Assembly: GCA_036796335.1 (NCBI GenBank)
Contig: DAIRDE010000008.1
Location: 1,777-65,776 of the forward strand
Length of the DNA stretch: 64,000 nucleotides
Direction: 5' to 3'
From: Nonlabens sp.
GTDB taxonomy: Bacteria; Bacteroidota; Bacteroidia; Flavobacteriales; Flavobacteriaceae
The notes under the pieces were generated by a model. That model had not been told where the DNA came from and did no database searches. It saw nothing but the letters and a program-made list of their open reading frames with translations. Positions 1 to 9,758 of the stretch are shown here, piece after piece (within the stretch, counting starts at the first letter, position 1; each line of letters starts with the position of its first letter). A program made the position numbers and the translations under genes.

Positions 1-286
1 TATCCAGAATTTCTTGTGTAAGCAGGTTGCGCTCAGCACTTTTGCCACTAGGGTCACCTATCATGCCCGTAGCGCCGCCTACAAGCGCAACTGGCCTGTG
101 CCCAGCACGTTGCAAGTGCATGAGTAAAATAATTTGCACCATGCTGCCTATATGCAGCGAGTCGGCTGTGGGATCAAACCCTATATAAGCAGTAACAACC
201 TCATTATTAAGCAGTTCTTCGGTATCAGGCATCATATCGTGAATCATGCCGCGCCATCTCAATTCTTCTACAAAATTATAAGCCAT
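1..286 (-). CDS. tyrS: tyrosine--tRNA ligase, N-terminal part (gene runs off the left edge)
   Basis: Hand translation of the minus strand from the ATG at 286..284 gives [63 protein letters not shown], a class I TyrRS N-terminal signature. It is absent from the ORF track because no stop lies inside the window. Confidence 0.85.
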   Translation of the reverse strand, partial: MAYNFVEELRWRGMIHDMMPDTEELLNNEVVTAYIGFDPTADSLHIGSMVQIILLMHLQRAGHRPVALVGGATGMIGDPSGKSAERNLLTQEILD

Positions 287-333
287 TGCTGTTGTTTTTT
301 TAGCTGGCAAATATAAAGGCTTTAACGCACTTC

Positions 334-341
334 TATCTTTG
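334..341 (+). promoter_or_regulatory. candidate Bacteroidetes -7 box TATCTTTG upstream of the epimerase gene
   Basis: Exact match to TAnnTTTG, 31 nt upstream of the ATG at 372, in the divergent tyrS/epimerase spacer. Confidence 0.3.
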
Positions 342-371
342 TTTGCAGGACGTATTGCTTACTTTTACCAT

Positions 372-1370
372 ATGATTTTAGTAACAGGAGGAACTGGTCT
401 TGTGGGTGGACATTTGCTGTATCGCTTTCGCGAAAGCGAACTCCCTATAACAGCCATTTACCGTAACAAAGCGCATCTAGCTAAAACGCGTGCGATATTT
501 GAATCCTATGCTGCAGGTGACGGGGCGCTGGTAGACCGTTTTAACTGGGTACAAGCAGATGTAACCGACCTGCCGTCGCTACAAGAAGTTGTGCAGGGAG
601 TAACCCATATTTACCATTGTGCAGCGCTTATAGAAGGTTCTTTTAAAGAACTGAAACTGGTAAACGTCCTAGGTACCGAAAATGTGGTGAATGTAGCGCT
701 GCATGCAGGCGTTAAAAAGTTGTGTTATGTAAGCAGCATTGCCGCACTAGGCGATCCTGTAAACGGCAAACCCACTACTGAAGATGATTTTTTTAACCTA
801 GATGCACGCAACAGCACCTATGCCATCACAAAATATGGTGCCGAAATGGAGGTATGGCGCGCAAGTCAAGAGGGCATGGACGTGGTTATTGTAAATCCAG
901 GTATTATTCTAGGCGAGGGGAACTGGAACAGCGGCTCTGGTAAATTGTTTTCTAAAACAGCCAGCGGGCAGCCTTTTTTTACGAGCGGCTCCAGCGGCTT
1001 TATAGACGTGCGCGATGTTGCTGAAATCATGCACAAACTTATGAATAGTGCGATTGCAAACGAGCGTTTTATTCTAGTCGCTGCAAATGAAACCTATAAA
1101 AAGGTCCTTACTAACATTGCTCAAGCACTTCACAAAAAACCGCCATATCTACACCTGCGCAGTGGTGTGTTATATGCAGTTTATGCATTACAACTCTTAG
1201 GCGCAATCGTCGGGATATCTAAAAGTCTTTCTCGTGCGATCATTAACTCGCTGGTGTCTCAAAGTTATTATAGTAGTAAGGCGGTTGCAGCTAGATTACC
1301 GCATACGTTTATCCCCTTAAACCAAACAATTAACCGTGTTGCGGCTAACTTTTTATCAAGCCGCAGTTAA
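372..1370 (+). CDS. NAD-dependent epimerase/dehydratase family (SDR) protein
   Basis: N-terminal Rossmann motif MILVTGGTGLVGGHL and an extended-SDR YxxxK (YAITKYGAE). The ORF opens at 339, but the internal Met at 372 sits directly before the glycine-rich motif. Confidence 0.85.
   Translation: MILVTGGTGLVGGHLLYRFRESELPITAIYRNKAHLAKTRAIFESYAAGDGALVDRFNWVQADVTDLPSLQEVVQGVTHIYHCAALIEGSFKELKLVNVLGTENVVNVALHAGVKKLCYVSSIAALGDPVNGKPTTEDDFFNLDARNSTYAITKYGAEMEVWRASQEGMDVVIVNPGIILGEGNWNSGSGKLFSKTASGQPFFTSGSSGFIDVRDVAEIMHKLMNSAIANERFILVAANETYKKVLTNIAQALHKKPPYLHLRSGVLYAVYALQLLGAIVGISKSLSRAIINSLVSQSYYSSKAVAARLPHTFIPLNQTINRVAANFLSSRS
423..438. repeat. palindrome CGCTTTCGCGAAAGCG, copy 1 (perfect, in the epimerase CDS, read as RFRESE)
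   Basis: Read directly from the sequence. The palindrome extends to 18 bp (TCGC..GCGA). Confidence 0.97.
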
Positions 1371-1381
1371 ACACCCATTTT

Positions 1382-1798
1382 TTACTTAACAATAGGCTTT
1401 AACTCTATAAGAGAGTCGGCTGTTACTGGTGTAACTTCATTTTGTTTGTTTTCTATTTCTATAAGCTCTTCTAGATTCTTTCTTTGGTTTGCCAAACGCT
1501 CGTTAGTACGTTTTAAGATTTCCTCATAATCCTCGGGACGATCTGCATAATAAGCAAAGTTTTTTTGAAAGGTAACGCTGTCTATTTTATGCTTTTTATA
1601 TACAAACTTATGGGGCAAGGTTTTGGTATTGAGAAATGCAGTTTGATTAGTAGCTAATGCCCCTTCTATCAAATAAATATCGGCCATGACGGCTGCCATT
1701 TTATCCTTATCTAGGAATCTATCTGGTTTTGGGGAGTAGCGCACCTGATTGCAAGAGGTGACTAGAATACCTAAAATAACGAGTGTTTTAAATTTCAT
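1382..1798 (-). CDS. small lipoprotein, DUF4296-like
   Basis: Lipoprotein signal MKFKTLVILGILVTSC. Its start overlaps the end of the upstream dihydroorotase gene by 4 nt. This position next to pyrC is, from memory, typical for DUF4296 in flavobacteria. Confidence 0.55.
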   Translation of the reverse strand: MKFKTLVILGILVTSCNQVRYSPKPDRFLDKDKMAAVMADIYLIEGALATNQTAFLNTKTLPHKFVYKKHKIDSVTFQKNFAYYADRPEDYEEILKRTNERLANQRKNLEELIEIENKQNEVTPVTADSLIELKPIVK

Positions 1799-3138
1799 CG
1801 ATTAAAAGTTACTGCTTGCGCGGCACGCACAGGTAAAACCTTAAAGTTATGATATACCAGCACACCATTTACAAACGTGTGGGTAATGCGGTTTTTAAAA
1901 GTAACGCCTTCAAATGGTGACCAGCCACATTTTGAAAGAATATTATCCCTAGTCACCGTCCATGGATTATACGGGTCTACAAGTACAAGGTCTGCCTTGT
2001 AGCCTGGTTTTATAAAGCCGCGGTCTGCAATATCAAACAAAATCGCCGGATTGTGACACATTTTTTCTACTACCTTTTCTATGGTAATGCGTTCTTCACT
2101 AACAAACTGTAGCATTGCGGGTAATGCATGTTGCACGAGCGGCCCACCGCTAGGACATGTGTTGTAGGTATTATTTTTTTCTTGGATGGTGTGTGGTGCG
2201 TGGTCGGTAGCAATAACATCGATACGGTCGTCTAGTAATGCTTGCCACAGTTGCGCTCTATCTTTAGCAGTTTTTATTGCGGGGTTCCACTTAATCAATG
2301 ATCCTTTTGTTGCGTAATCCTCGTCACAAAACCACAAATGATGAATGCATACTTCACTGGTAATTTTTTTATCGGCAAGCGCACTTTTTCCTCTTTCAAA
2401 AAGTGCCGTTTCTTTTCCCGTAGAAAGGTGAAAAACATGAATTCTTGCACCTGTTTCCTTAGCGAGTTGTATAGCGCGAGAACTGCTTAAATAGCACGCT
2501 TGCGCATTGCGTATAACTGGATGCTGATCGACGGGAATATGGTCGCCATAGGTTGCCACAGCCTTTTTTAAATTCTTTTTTATGGTGCTTTCATCTTCAC
2601 AATGTAAAGCAATACGCAATTTTACATTTGAAAATATATTTCTTAAAACCTGAGGGTTATCTACAAGCATGTCGCCTGTTGACGAACCCAAAAATATCTT
2701 TAATGCAGGCACTCTTTTCTCGTCAATTTTTAAAATCTCCTCCAGATTTGTATTTGTGCCGCCAAACATGAATGCATAGTTTGCGTGACTTGTTTTTGCA
2801 GCAACGCTCATCTTATCTTCCCATGCACTAATGGTCGTTGTTTGTGGGTTTGTGTTAGGCATTTCAAAAAAGGTCGTGATTCCGCCAGCGACTGCGGCTG
2901 CGCTTTCACTAGCGATATCGCCTTTGTGCGTAAGCCCTGGTTCTCTAAAATGTACCTGATCGTCGATTACACCAGGTAGTAGAAACTGGCCTTGTGCGTC
3001 TATGATAAGTGTTTCACCATTTTTTGCGCTTATGGTGTCTGCAATTTCTACAATGGTATCACCTTCTATGTAGACATCGCCAGTGGATATAACGCCTTCG
3101 TTTACAATTTTGGCGTTTTTTATTAGTGTTTTTTTCAT
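1795..3138 (-). CDS. pyrC: dihydroorotase-family cyclic amidohydrolase
   Basis: 447 aa with motifs DDQVHFREPG, ALKIFLGSS, LHCED, HVFHLST and ATDHAPH, typical of long bacterial DHOases. The first His of the HxH motif is Gln. Confidence 0.8.
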   Translation of the reverse strand: MKKTLIKNAKIVNEGVISTGDVYIEGDTIVEIADTISAKNGETLIIDAQGQFLLPGVIDDQVHFREPGLTHKGDIASESAAAVAGGITTFFEMPNTNPQTTTISAWEDKMSVAAKTSHANYAFMFGGTNTNLEEILKIDEKRVPALKIFLGSSTGDMLVDNPQVLRNIFSNVKLRIALHCEDESTIKKNLKKAVATYGDHIPVDQHPVIRNAQACYLSSSRAIQLAKETGARIHVFHLSTGKETALFERGKSALADKKITSEVCIHHLWFCDEDYATKGSLIKWNPAIKTAKDRAQLWQALLDDRIDVIATDHAPHTIQEKNNTYNTCPSGGPLVQHALPAMLQFVSEERITIEKVVEKMCHNPAILFDIADRGFIKPGYKADLVLVDPYNPWTVTRDNILSKCGWSPFEGVTFKNRITHTFVNGVLVYHNFKVLPVRAAQAVTFNR

Positions 3139-3866
3139 AATTCTAAACGACGGAGTACACTTTTAAATTTCATACTTAATACACCTATTACCGCCTCGCT
3201 TATAATATTGCTAGACATTTTTGATTTACCACGAGTGCGGTCAGTAAAAATCACTGGGACTTCTATAATGCGTGCTTGCAGTAACCATGCCTTAAACTTT
3301 AATTCAATTTGAAAGGCGTACCCTACAAATTTAATCGCTTCTAAGTTAATTTTTTTAAGAAGTGCTGCTCTATAACAAACAAACCCTGCGGTAGCGTCTT
3401 TTATGGGCATTCCTGTTATAAACCTCACATACCATGACGCGCCATACGATAACAATATGCGTGACAGTGGCCAGTTTACAACGTTAACACCTTTTACATA
3501 CCTGCTTCCTATCGCTACATCTGCTTGTTTTAAGTGGCAGCTATCGTAAAGTGCAATCAAATCTTTGGGATTATGAGAAAAATCAGCATCCATTTCAAAA
3601 ATATACTGATAATCTCTTTGAAGCGCCCATTTAAAGCCTGTTATGTATGCCGTACCCAGCCCTAACTTGCCACGGCGTTCTACAAGAAATAATCTGCTTG
3701 CAAATTGTTGTTGTTTGGTTTTTATAATCTGCGCAGTACCGTCGGGTGAATTATCGTCTATCACAAGTATGTGTGCATGTGGATATAAGGCAGTCAATGC
3801 ATCAATCATAAGCCCTATATTCTCTTGCTCGTTGTAGGTGGGAATAATGATAAGGCTATTTCTCAT
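3135..3866 (-). CDS. GT2 polyprenol-phosphate mannosyltransferase (Dpm1-like)
   Basis: IIIPTYNEQENI..VIDDNSPDGT..EMDADFSHNP are GT2/DPM1 signatures. Overlaps the downstream pyrC start by 4 nt. Confidence 0.8.
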   Translation of the reverse strand: MRNSLIIIPTYNEQENIGLMIDALTALYPHAHILVIDDNSPDGTAQIIKTKQQQFASRLFLVERRGKLGLGTAYITGFKWALQRDYQYIFEMDADFSHNPKDLIALYDSCHLKQADVAIGSRYVKGVNVVNWPLSRILLSYGASWYVRFITGMPIKDATAGFVCYRAALLKKINLEAIKFVGYAFQIELKFKAWLLQARIIEVPVIFTDRTRGKSKMSSNIISEAVIGVLSMKFKSVLRRLEL

Positions 3867-3943
3867 ATTGGGCAGTAAAAATAATCTTTTAAAGTACCAT
3901 CTACATCTTCAATAGCTAAAAAGCCATTATTTTTACATGCGCT

Positions 3944-4600
3944 ATGGGACAAGAACGCATCATTATATCGCAAGACTGGATCATCCTTGTTTTTGCCTTG
4001 TGTTTATTTCTTATTACCGTTGCAAAGATTTTTTCGAGAACATCTATTGCCGACCTTTTAACAGCTTATGTAAGCGATCGTTTTATCAATATATCGCGCA
4101 CAAAAAGCGATGGGTTCATTGTTCTAAAAACAGCAAGCCTAATAGTTTATGCGCTATGCATAGCGTTGCTAGTATATGCCCTGCTTGTTAACAAATCTGT
4201 AAAACCAGCGACGCTTAATACTTACTTTTTAAGTTTACTGGGCGTTAGTGTGTTTTTGTTACTAAAACATTACATAGCAAAACTTCTCGCTACCATTTTA
4301 GACTTTGAACCCCTTATCGAATACCTGCATTTTCATCGCAATATTTACCGGTGTATGTTGAGTTATCTCATTCTAGTAGCCTCGGTACTGCTTTTTATCG
4401 TTTTCAAAACATCACTTACCGCAACGCTGTACATTGCAGGATTTTGTCTTATCACCGTTTTGGTTTATAATATCGTATTGCTTTACACCCATAGACTGTT
4501 ACTTTTTAGCAGAATGTTTTATTTTATTTTGTATCTTTGCACGCTCGAAATTGTACCTTACCTACTTTTATTTAAGTACTTTAGGAACATAATGGGTTAA
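3944..4600 (+). CDS. multi-pass membrane protein, DUF4271-like
   Basis: Hydrophobic 218-aa ORF directly upstream of hemD on the same strand. DUF4271-hemD synteny is recalled from flavobacterial annotations. Confidence 0.55.
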   Translation: MGQERIIISQDWIILVFALCLFLITVAKIFSRTSIADLLTAYVSDRFINISRTKSDGFIVLKTASLIVYALCIALLVYALLVNKSVKPATLNTYFLSLLGVSVFLLLKHYIAKLLATILDFEPLIEYLHFHRNIYRCMLSYLILVASVLLFIVFKTSLTATLYIAGFCLITVLVYNIVLLYTHRLLLFSRMFYFILYLCTLEIVPYLLLFKYFRNIMG

Positions 4601-4622
4601 TAATTAAACAGAAGCGTCGCTT

Positions 4623-5363
4623 ATGAAAGTGAAAACAATTTTAGTTTCCCAACCTGAACCTAAAATGGAAAATTCACCTTACCAAAGTCTTGTTGACAAG
4701 ACCAAGGTTAAGATAGACTTCCGGTCGTTTATTCATGTAGAAGGTGCTACTGGTAAAGAAGTTAGAGAACAAAAAATAGACCTAGCAAAATTTACCGCCA
4801 TCATTTTGACCAGTCGCAACAGCGTAGACCATTTTTTTAGAGTGGCAGACGAAATGCGGTTTAAAATTCCTGACACGCTAAAATATTTTTGCCAAAGTGA
4901 GGCAGTTGCCTTTTATCTTCAAAAATATGTCGTTTACCGCAAGCGTAAGATTTATGTAGGTAAAAGAACTTTTAAAGACTTACTTCCTCTTATTAAGAAG
5001 CATAAAAATGAAGTGTTCCTAGCTCCTAGCTCTGATAAACTGGCTGAACCTATTCCCGAAGAACTAGAAAAATTAGGAATTAAGGGAACTGCGGCAACTT
5101 TTTTTAGAACTGTCATTAGCGACCTTTCTGATTTAGCCGACGTCAAGTATGACGTATTGGTTTTCTTTAGCCCTAGCGGTATAGACTCTTTGTTTCACAA
5201 TTTCCCGACGTTTAAACAAAACGATACGTGCATTGCCGTTTTCGGTAGTTCAACAATGCAAGCTGCAAAAGATAAAGGCTTGCGCATAGACATACTAGCT
5301 CCTTCACCAGAAGCACCCTCCATGACAATGGCGATAGAGAATTACATTAAAAACGCAAAATAG
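4623..5363 (+). CDS. hemD: uroporphyrinogen-III synthase
   Basis: 246 aa. The N-terminus KTILVSQPEP..SPY and the two-lobed length fit Bacteroidetes HemD. Confidence 0.75.
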   Translation: MKVKTILVSQPEPKMENSPYQSLVDKTKVKIDFRSFIHVEGATGKEVREQKIDLAKFTAIILTSRNSVDHFFRVADEMRFKIPDTLKYFCQSEAVAFYLQKYVVYRKRKIYVGKRTFKDLLPLIKKHKNEVFLAPSSDKLAEPIPEELEKLGIKGTAATFFRTVISDLSDLADVKYDVLVFFSPSGIDSLFHNFPTFKQNDTCIAVFGSSTMQAAKDKGLRIDILAPSPEAPSMTMAIENYIKNAK

Positions 5364-5406
5364 CAGTCTGTAGCTTTTACTAGTAACAATCGTTTAAATA
5401 GTACTC

Positions 5407-5445
5407 AAAAAAAAATGTCCTGAATTACCTCAGGACATTTTCATT
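5407..5445. terminator. bidirectional intrinsic terminator between hemD and pckA
   Basis: 9-bp stem ATGTCCTGA/TCAGGACAT (5415..5423 and 5430..5438) with a 6-nt loop, flanked by an A-run on the left and a T-rich tract on the right, between convergent genes. Confidence 0.6.
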
Positions 5446-5459
5446 TGATAAAACGCTAC

Positions 5460-7067
5460 TTATTTTACGGGCCCTCCCGCAAGAATTTCTGCGCTCGCTT
5501 GCTCTTCAAACTTTTTAAAATTTTCTCTAAAAAAGGTAGATAGCTTTGTCGCTGTTTTATAATAACCCTCGTCATTGTTCCAGGTAGCTCTTGGGCTCAA
5601 AACTTCGGTAGGCACGTTAGGGCAAACGCGAGGTTGTGCAACACCAAAAACAGAGTGTACATGATAGTTATCTTTATTAGCCAATTCTAAAGAACCGTCT
5701 AGCGCAGCGTTAATCATTGCTCGTGTATATTTAAGCTTCATGCGATAGCCCACTCCATAGGGGCCGCCTGTCCATCCTGTATTCACAAGCCACACTGTTA
5801 CACCCGCATCCTTCATTTTTTTACTCAACATTTCTCCATAAACCGTGGGATGTAAAGGCATAAACGGCGCTCCAAAACAAGCAGAAAAATTAGGGGTCGG
5901 TTCTACAACACCAGCCTCGGTACCAGCAACTTTGGCCGTGTAACCGCTTATAAAGTGATAGGCAGCCTGCCCTGGTGTAAGTTTAGAAATAGGAGGCAGC
6001 ACCCCAAAAGCATCGGCAGTTAAGAAAAATATATTTTTAGTATTTGTGCCTACCGACGGTACTTTAATATTCTCAATATGGTCAATAGGATAACTCACAC
6101 GGGTGTTTTGTGTAATGGAAGAGTCTGCATAATTAACAGACTTATCTGCATTTAAAACAACGTTTTCTAAAATTGCGCCCGGCTTAATCGCGTTGAAAAT
6201 TTCGGGCTCTCCCTCAGGGTCAAGATGAATAACTTTAGCATAACAGCCACCTTCAAAGTTAAAAATATCACCATTGGGAGACCAGCCATGCTCATCATCA
6301 CCTATAAGCTCCCGATTTACATCAGTAGAAAGTGTTGTTTTTCCTGTACCACTAAGTCCAAAAAACAAAGCTGTACTACCATCGGCACCCGCGTTTGCGC
6401 TACAATGCATAGGTAGTGTGTTTTTGTCAACCGGTAGTATAAAGTTAAGCGCACTAAATATTCCTTTTTTAATTTCTCCGGTATACCCCGTTCCACCTAT
6501 AAGTGCAATTTTTTTGGTAAAATTTAAAATGGCAAAATTGTGTTGTCGTGTGCCGTCACGTTCAGGAACAGCCATAAATCCAGGTGCATTTATGATGGTC
6601 CATTCGGGCATAAAGTTTTCAAGCTCACTAGCTGTAGGTCGTAAAAACATGTTATAGGCAAACATGTTAGACCACGGGTACTCGTTAATAACTCTTAAAT
6701 TTAAACGATATTCCTCATGAGCGCATGCATAAGCATCGCGCACATAAACATCTTTACCGTTAAGATAACCCGTTACGCGCGCTAGCAAAGCATCAAATAA
6801 AGTCGGGTCAAAAGCAATGTTAACGGCTCCCCACCATACTTTGTCTTGTGTGATGGCATCCTTTACGATAAACCTATCCAACGGAGACCTGCCTGTAAAC
6901 TCTCCCGTATTAACGGCGAGCGTACCATTGTCGGTCTCTTTCCCTCCATAAGAACTCACGGAATGTTTTTGTAGCGTGGATGGCTCAAGTTGGTAATAAA
7001 TTTTAGACGATGTGATTCCCCATTGATTTAACGCAATCGTTTTCGTAACTAAAGTGTTTGCTTCCAT
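5460..7067 (-). CDS. pckA: phosphoenolpyruvate carboxykinase (ATP)
   Basis: 535 aa with the kinase-1a loop GLSGTGKTTLS, IGDDEHGW and the RVSYPI motif. Confidence 0.97.
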   Translation of the reverse strand: MEANTLVTKTIALNQWGITSSKIYYQLEPSTLQKHSVSSYGGKETDNGTLAVNTGEFTGRSPLDRFIVKDAITQDKVWWGAVNIAFDPTLFDALLARVTGYLNGKDVYVRDAYACAHEEYRLNLRVINEYPWSNMFAYNMFLRPTASELENFMPEWTIINAPGFMAVPERDGTRQHNFAILNFTKKIALIGGTGYTGEIKKGIFSALNFILPVDKNTLPMHCSANAGADGSTALFFGLSGTGKTTLSTDVNRELIGDDEHGWSPNGDIFNFEGGCYAKVIHLDPEGEPEIFNAIKPGAILENVVLNADKSVNYADSSITQNTRVSYPIDHIENIKVPSVGTNTKNIFFLTADAFGVLPPISKLTPGQAAYHFISGYTAKVAGTEAGVVEPTPNFSACFGAPFMPLHPTVYGEMLSKKMKDAGVTVWLVNTGWTGGPYGVGYRMKLKYTRAMINAALDGSLELANKDNYHVHSVFGVAQPRVCPNVPTEVLSPRATWNNDEGYYKTATKLSTFFRENFKKFEEQASAEILAGGPVK

Positions 7068-7093
7068 ATAATCCTGTTTATTAAGATTTAGTG

Positions 7094-7101
7094 CAAAAGT
7101 A
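7094..7101 (-). promoter_or_regulatory. candidate -7 box TACTTTTG for pckA
   Basis: The reverse complement of CAAAAGTA matches TAnnTTTG, 27 nt upstream of the pckA ATG. Confidence 0.35.
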
Positions 7102-7121
7102 TAACAGTAAAAGGGCTCTCG

Positions 7122-7517
7122 CTAATTATTGATGGAATTATCTGTAACAATTTTCCACATCACAAAAAACCACCCTGCAATAAGGCTGAGGCCACCCAAA
7201 GGGGTAATTGGACCAAGGAATTTTAAATTGATTTGAAGCCATTTAGAAACCGACAATCCGTAAATACTAAAAGAAAAAAGCACCATCCCTATTACAAAAA
7301 AGTAAAATAATATGTTTTTAGAAGAATCTGTTAATAATCCTACTTGTGAAAATGCAATAAGTGCAATGGCATGGAATAATTGATAACGCACGCCTGTTTC
7401 AAAACTTTTTAATTGTTGTGGTTCTAACACCTTTTCTAGTGCATGGGCTCCCAATGCTCCCAGGATTACGGCAATCACCGCAAACCCGCAACCTGCGATC
7501 AATAACTTTTTTTCCAT
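7122..7517 (-). CDS. DUF423 family membrane protein
   Basis: MEKKLLIAGCGFAVIAVILGALGAHALE and four TM segments are typical of DUF423/YgdD. The internal start at 7517 is chosen because the longer ORF would overlap the divergent gene. Confidence 0.75.
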   Translation of the reverse strand: MEKKLLIAGCGFAVIAVILGALGAHALEKVLEPQQLKSFETGVRYQLFHAIALIAFSQVGLLTDSSKNILFYFFVIGMVLFSFSIYGLSVSKWLQINLKFLGPITPLGGLSLIAGWFFVMWKIVTDNSINN

Positions 7518-7571
7518 AGTATTTTTAGTTAGGTTAAAGACCCTTACCTTGCCAGCAAAATTACAATACCT

Positions 7572-8936
7572 ATGCGTCACATGCTAATTATAGGAGCTGG
7601 TAAATCTACCGGAGTTCTTGTAGATTACCTTATTAAAAAGGCACAAGAAGAAGATCTTTTTATCACCGTGGCCGATAAACAACTGCACCAGGCCGCCATA
7701 TTATGTGCAAAAAATGAACGCGCCAAGGCTATAGCACTAGACATCACAAATACTACCGAAAGACAAAACGCTATAAAAAGCGCCGATCTAATTGTCTCTA
7801 TGTTACCCGCTCATCTACACATAGAGGTCGCTATGGACTGTATTACTTTTAAAAAGTCCCTAGTAACCGCCAGTTATGTAAGCCACGCAATGCAAGAATT
7901 GCATGAGCAAGCCGTTGCAAATGGGCTGGTTTTTATGAACGAGATAGGCGTAGATCCAGGAATAGACCACATGAGCGCCATGGACATTATTGACCGACTG
8001 CGCGCTCAAGGAGCTAAAATTTTACTTTTTGAATCCTTTACCGGCGGGCTCGTGGCTCCCGACGATGACAATAACTTGTGGAATTACAAATTTACATGGA
8101 ACCCGCGCAATGTCGTATTAGCAGGACAAGGCGGCGCAGCCAAATTTATACAAGAAGGAACCTATAAACACATTCCTTACCACAGACTTTTTAGACGTAC
8201 CGAGTTTTTAGAAATAGAAGGTTACGGCCGTTTTGAAGTCTATGCAAATCGCAACAGCCTGCAATATAGAGATGCCTATAATCTTAATGACGTGCTCACA
8301 TTATACCGCGGGACGATGCGCCGTGTAGGTTTTTCTAAGGCGTGGAACATGTTTGTAACCCTAGGCATGACCGATGATACGTACACCTTAGAAGACTCTG
8401 AACACATGAGTTATCGAGACTTTATAAATAGCTTTTTGCCCTATTCTCCTACCGACAGTGTAGAACTAAAGACAAGGCACGAGCTTAAAATAGACCAAGA
8501 CGATATCATGTGGGATAAACTGGTAGAGTTAGACCTGTTTAACGCAACTAAAAAAGTAGGCCTTAAAAATGCCACACCCGCACAAATACTTCAAAAAATT
8601 CTCGAGGAAAGCTGGACCCTAAAACCAGGTGAAAAAGACATGATCGTCATGTACCACAAGATAGGTTTTGAACTTAACGGCGAGAAAAAACAAATAGACA
8701 GCACGATGGTGTGCCTGGGTGATGGACACAAACAAACAGCCATGGCAAAAACAGTTGGGTTACCTGTAGCCATCGCCGCACTTAAAATTTTAAACGGCGA
8801 GATACAGCGTCCAGGGGTTCAAATCCCAACGCAAGAGGCGATCTATAAGCCTATTTTAGAAGAACTTAGCCTGTATGGTGTTCGCTTTCGCGAAAGCGAA
8901 GTCCCCTACCTGGGCTACAACCACTTAAACCTTTAA
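7572..8936 (+). CDS. saccharopine dehydrogenase family protein
   Basis: Rossmann N-terminus MLIIGAGKSTG and IGVDPGIDHMSAM, the Lys9-like signature. The start may instead be 7581. Confidence 0.85.
   Translation: MRHMLIIGAGKSTGVLVDYLIKKAQEEDLFITVADKQLHQAAILCAKNERAKAIALDITNTTERQNAIKSADLIVSMLPAHLHIEVAMDCITFKKSLVTASYVSHAMQELHEQAVANGLVFMNEIGVDPGIDHMSAMDIIDRLRAQGAKILLFESFTGGLVAPDDDNNLWNYKFTWNPRNVVLAGQGGAAKFIQEGTYKHIPYHRLFRRTEFLEIEGYGRFEVYANRNSLQYRDAYNLNDVLTLYRGTMRRVGFSKAWNMFVTLGMTDDTYTLEDSEHMSYRDFINSFLPYSPTDSVELKTRHELKIDQDDIMWDKLVELDLFNATKKVGLKNATPAQILQKILEESWTLKPGEKDMIVMYHKIGFELNGEKKQIDSTMVCLGDGHKQTAMAKTVGLPVAIAALKILNGEIQRPGVQIPTQEAIYKPILEELSLYGVRFRESEVPYLGYNHLNL
8883..8898. repeat. palindrome copy 2 (perfect, in the saccharopine dehydrogenase CDS, read as RFRESE)
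   Basis: Read directly from the sequence. The palindrome extends to 20 bp (TTCGC..GCGAA). Confidence 0.97.
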
Positions 8937-8977
8937 AATGCAAAGGGCGCGCTATCAATTACTAAAAGTAGTGCTCG

Positions 8978-9676
8978 TTACTTGCGATTTAAAAATATTG
9001 AAATAAAATAAAGTAACGTTGCGAGAGAGCCTAACGCAGCAACCAGATACGTTCTTGCAGCCCATTTTAATGCGTCTTTTGCACCTGCATGCTCGTTATT
9101 TGTAAGCATTCTAGAGCTTTCTAGCCACGCAAGTGCACGATTGCTCGCATCGTACTCGACCGGCAATGTAACAAAGGCAAACAATGTTCCTAAACCAAAC
9201 ATGATGATACCTATTAGCAAGACCGTACTGCCAAAACCCGACGCTGCAGACAGCGCTAAACCGCCCATAATAACCCATTGAGAATAGGTAGAAGCAATAC
9301 TTACCAGCGGCACTAATTTAGACCGCATGCCTATCCACGAGTATGCTGTTGCATGTTGTATCGCGTGACCTACCTCGTGCGCAGCAACTGCTGCAGCTGC
9401 AGCGTTGCGCTCATGATAAACCACCTCGCTTAAATTTACAGTCTTGTTTGTAGGATTATAGTGGTCGGTAAGTTGCCCTTTAACAGAAATTATTTGTACA
9501 TCCCTAATACCGTGATCATCGAGCATTTTTTGCGCGATTTGGGCCCCAGATAATCTGTTTTGTAACTGTAATTGCGAGTAATGCTTAAACTTAGACTTTA
9601 GTTTGTTACTCACATATAAACTCACGAGCATCACTATACCGCCTATAATATAGTAGCCCATCATGCCTCCGTTCAT
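8978..9676 (-). CDS. membrane-anchored neutral zinc metallopeptidase (Zn_peptidase_2 family)
   Basis: HEVGHAIQH zinc motif, an N-terminal TM segment and C-terminal TM segments. Confidence 0.85.
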   Translation of the reverse strand: MNGGMMGYYIIGGIVMLVSLYVSNKLKSKFKHYSQLQLQNRLSGAQIAQKMLDDHGIRDVQIISVKGQLTDHYNPTNKTVNLSEVVYHERNAAAAAVAAHEVGHAIQHATAYSWIGMRSKLVPLVSIASTYSQWVIMGGLALSAASGFGSTVLLIGIIMFGLGTLFAFVTLPVEYDASNRALAWLESSRMLTNNEHAGAKDALKWAARTYLVAALGSLATLLYFISIFLNRK

Positions 9677-9758
9677 AATGATTTATTTTAAGTGAATTGC
9701 AAAATTATACAATATTTTGCCACGCTGCGCATTGTTAGTATAGTAGCTGATTAATTTT

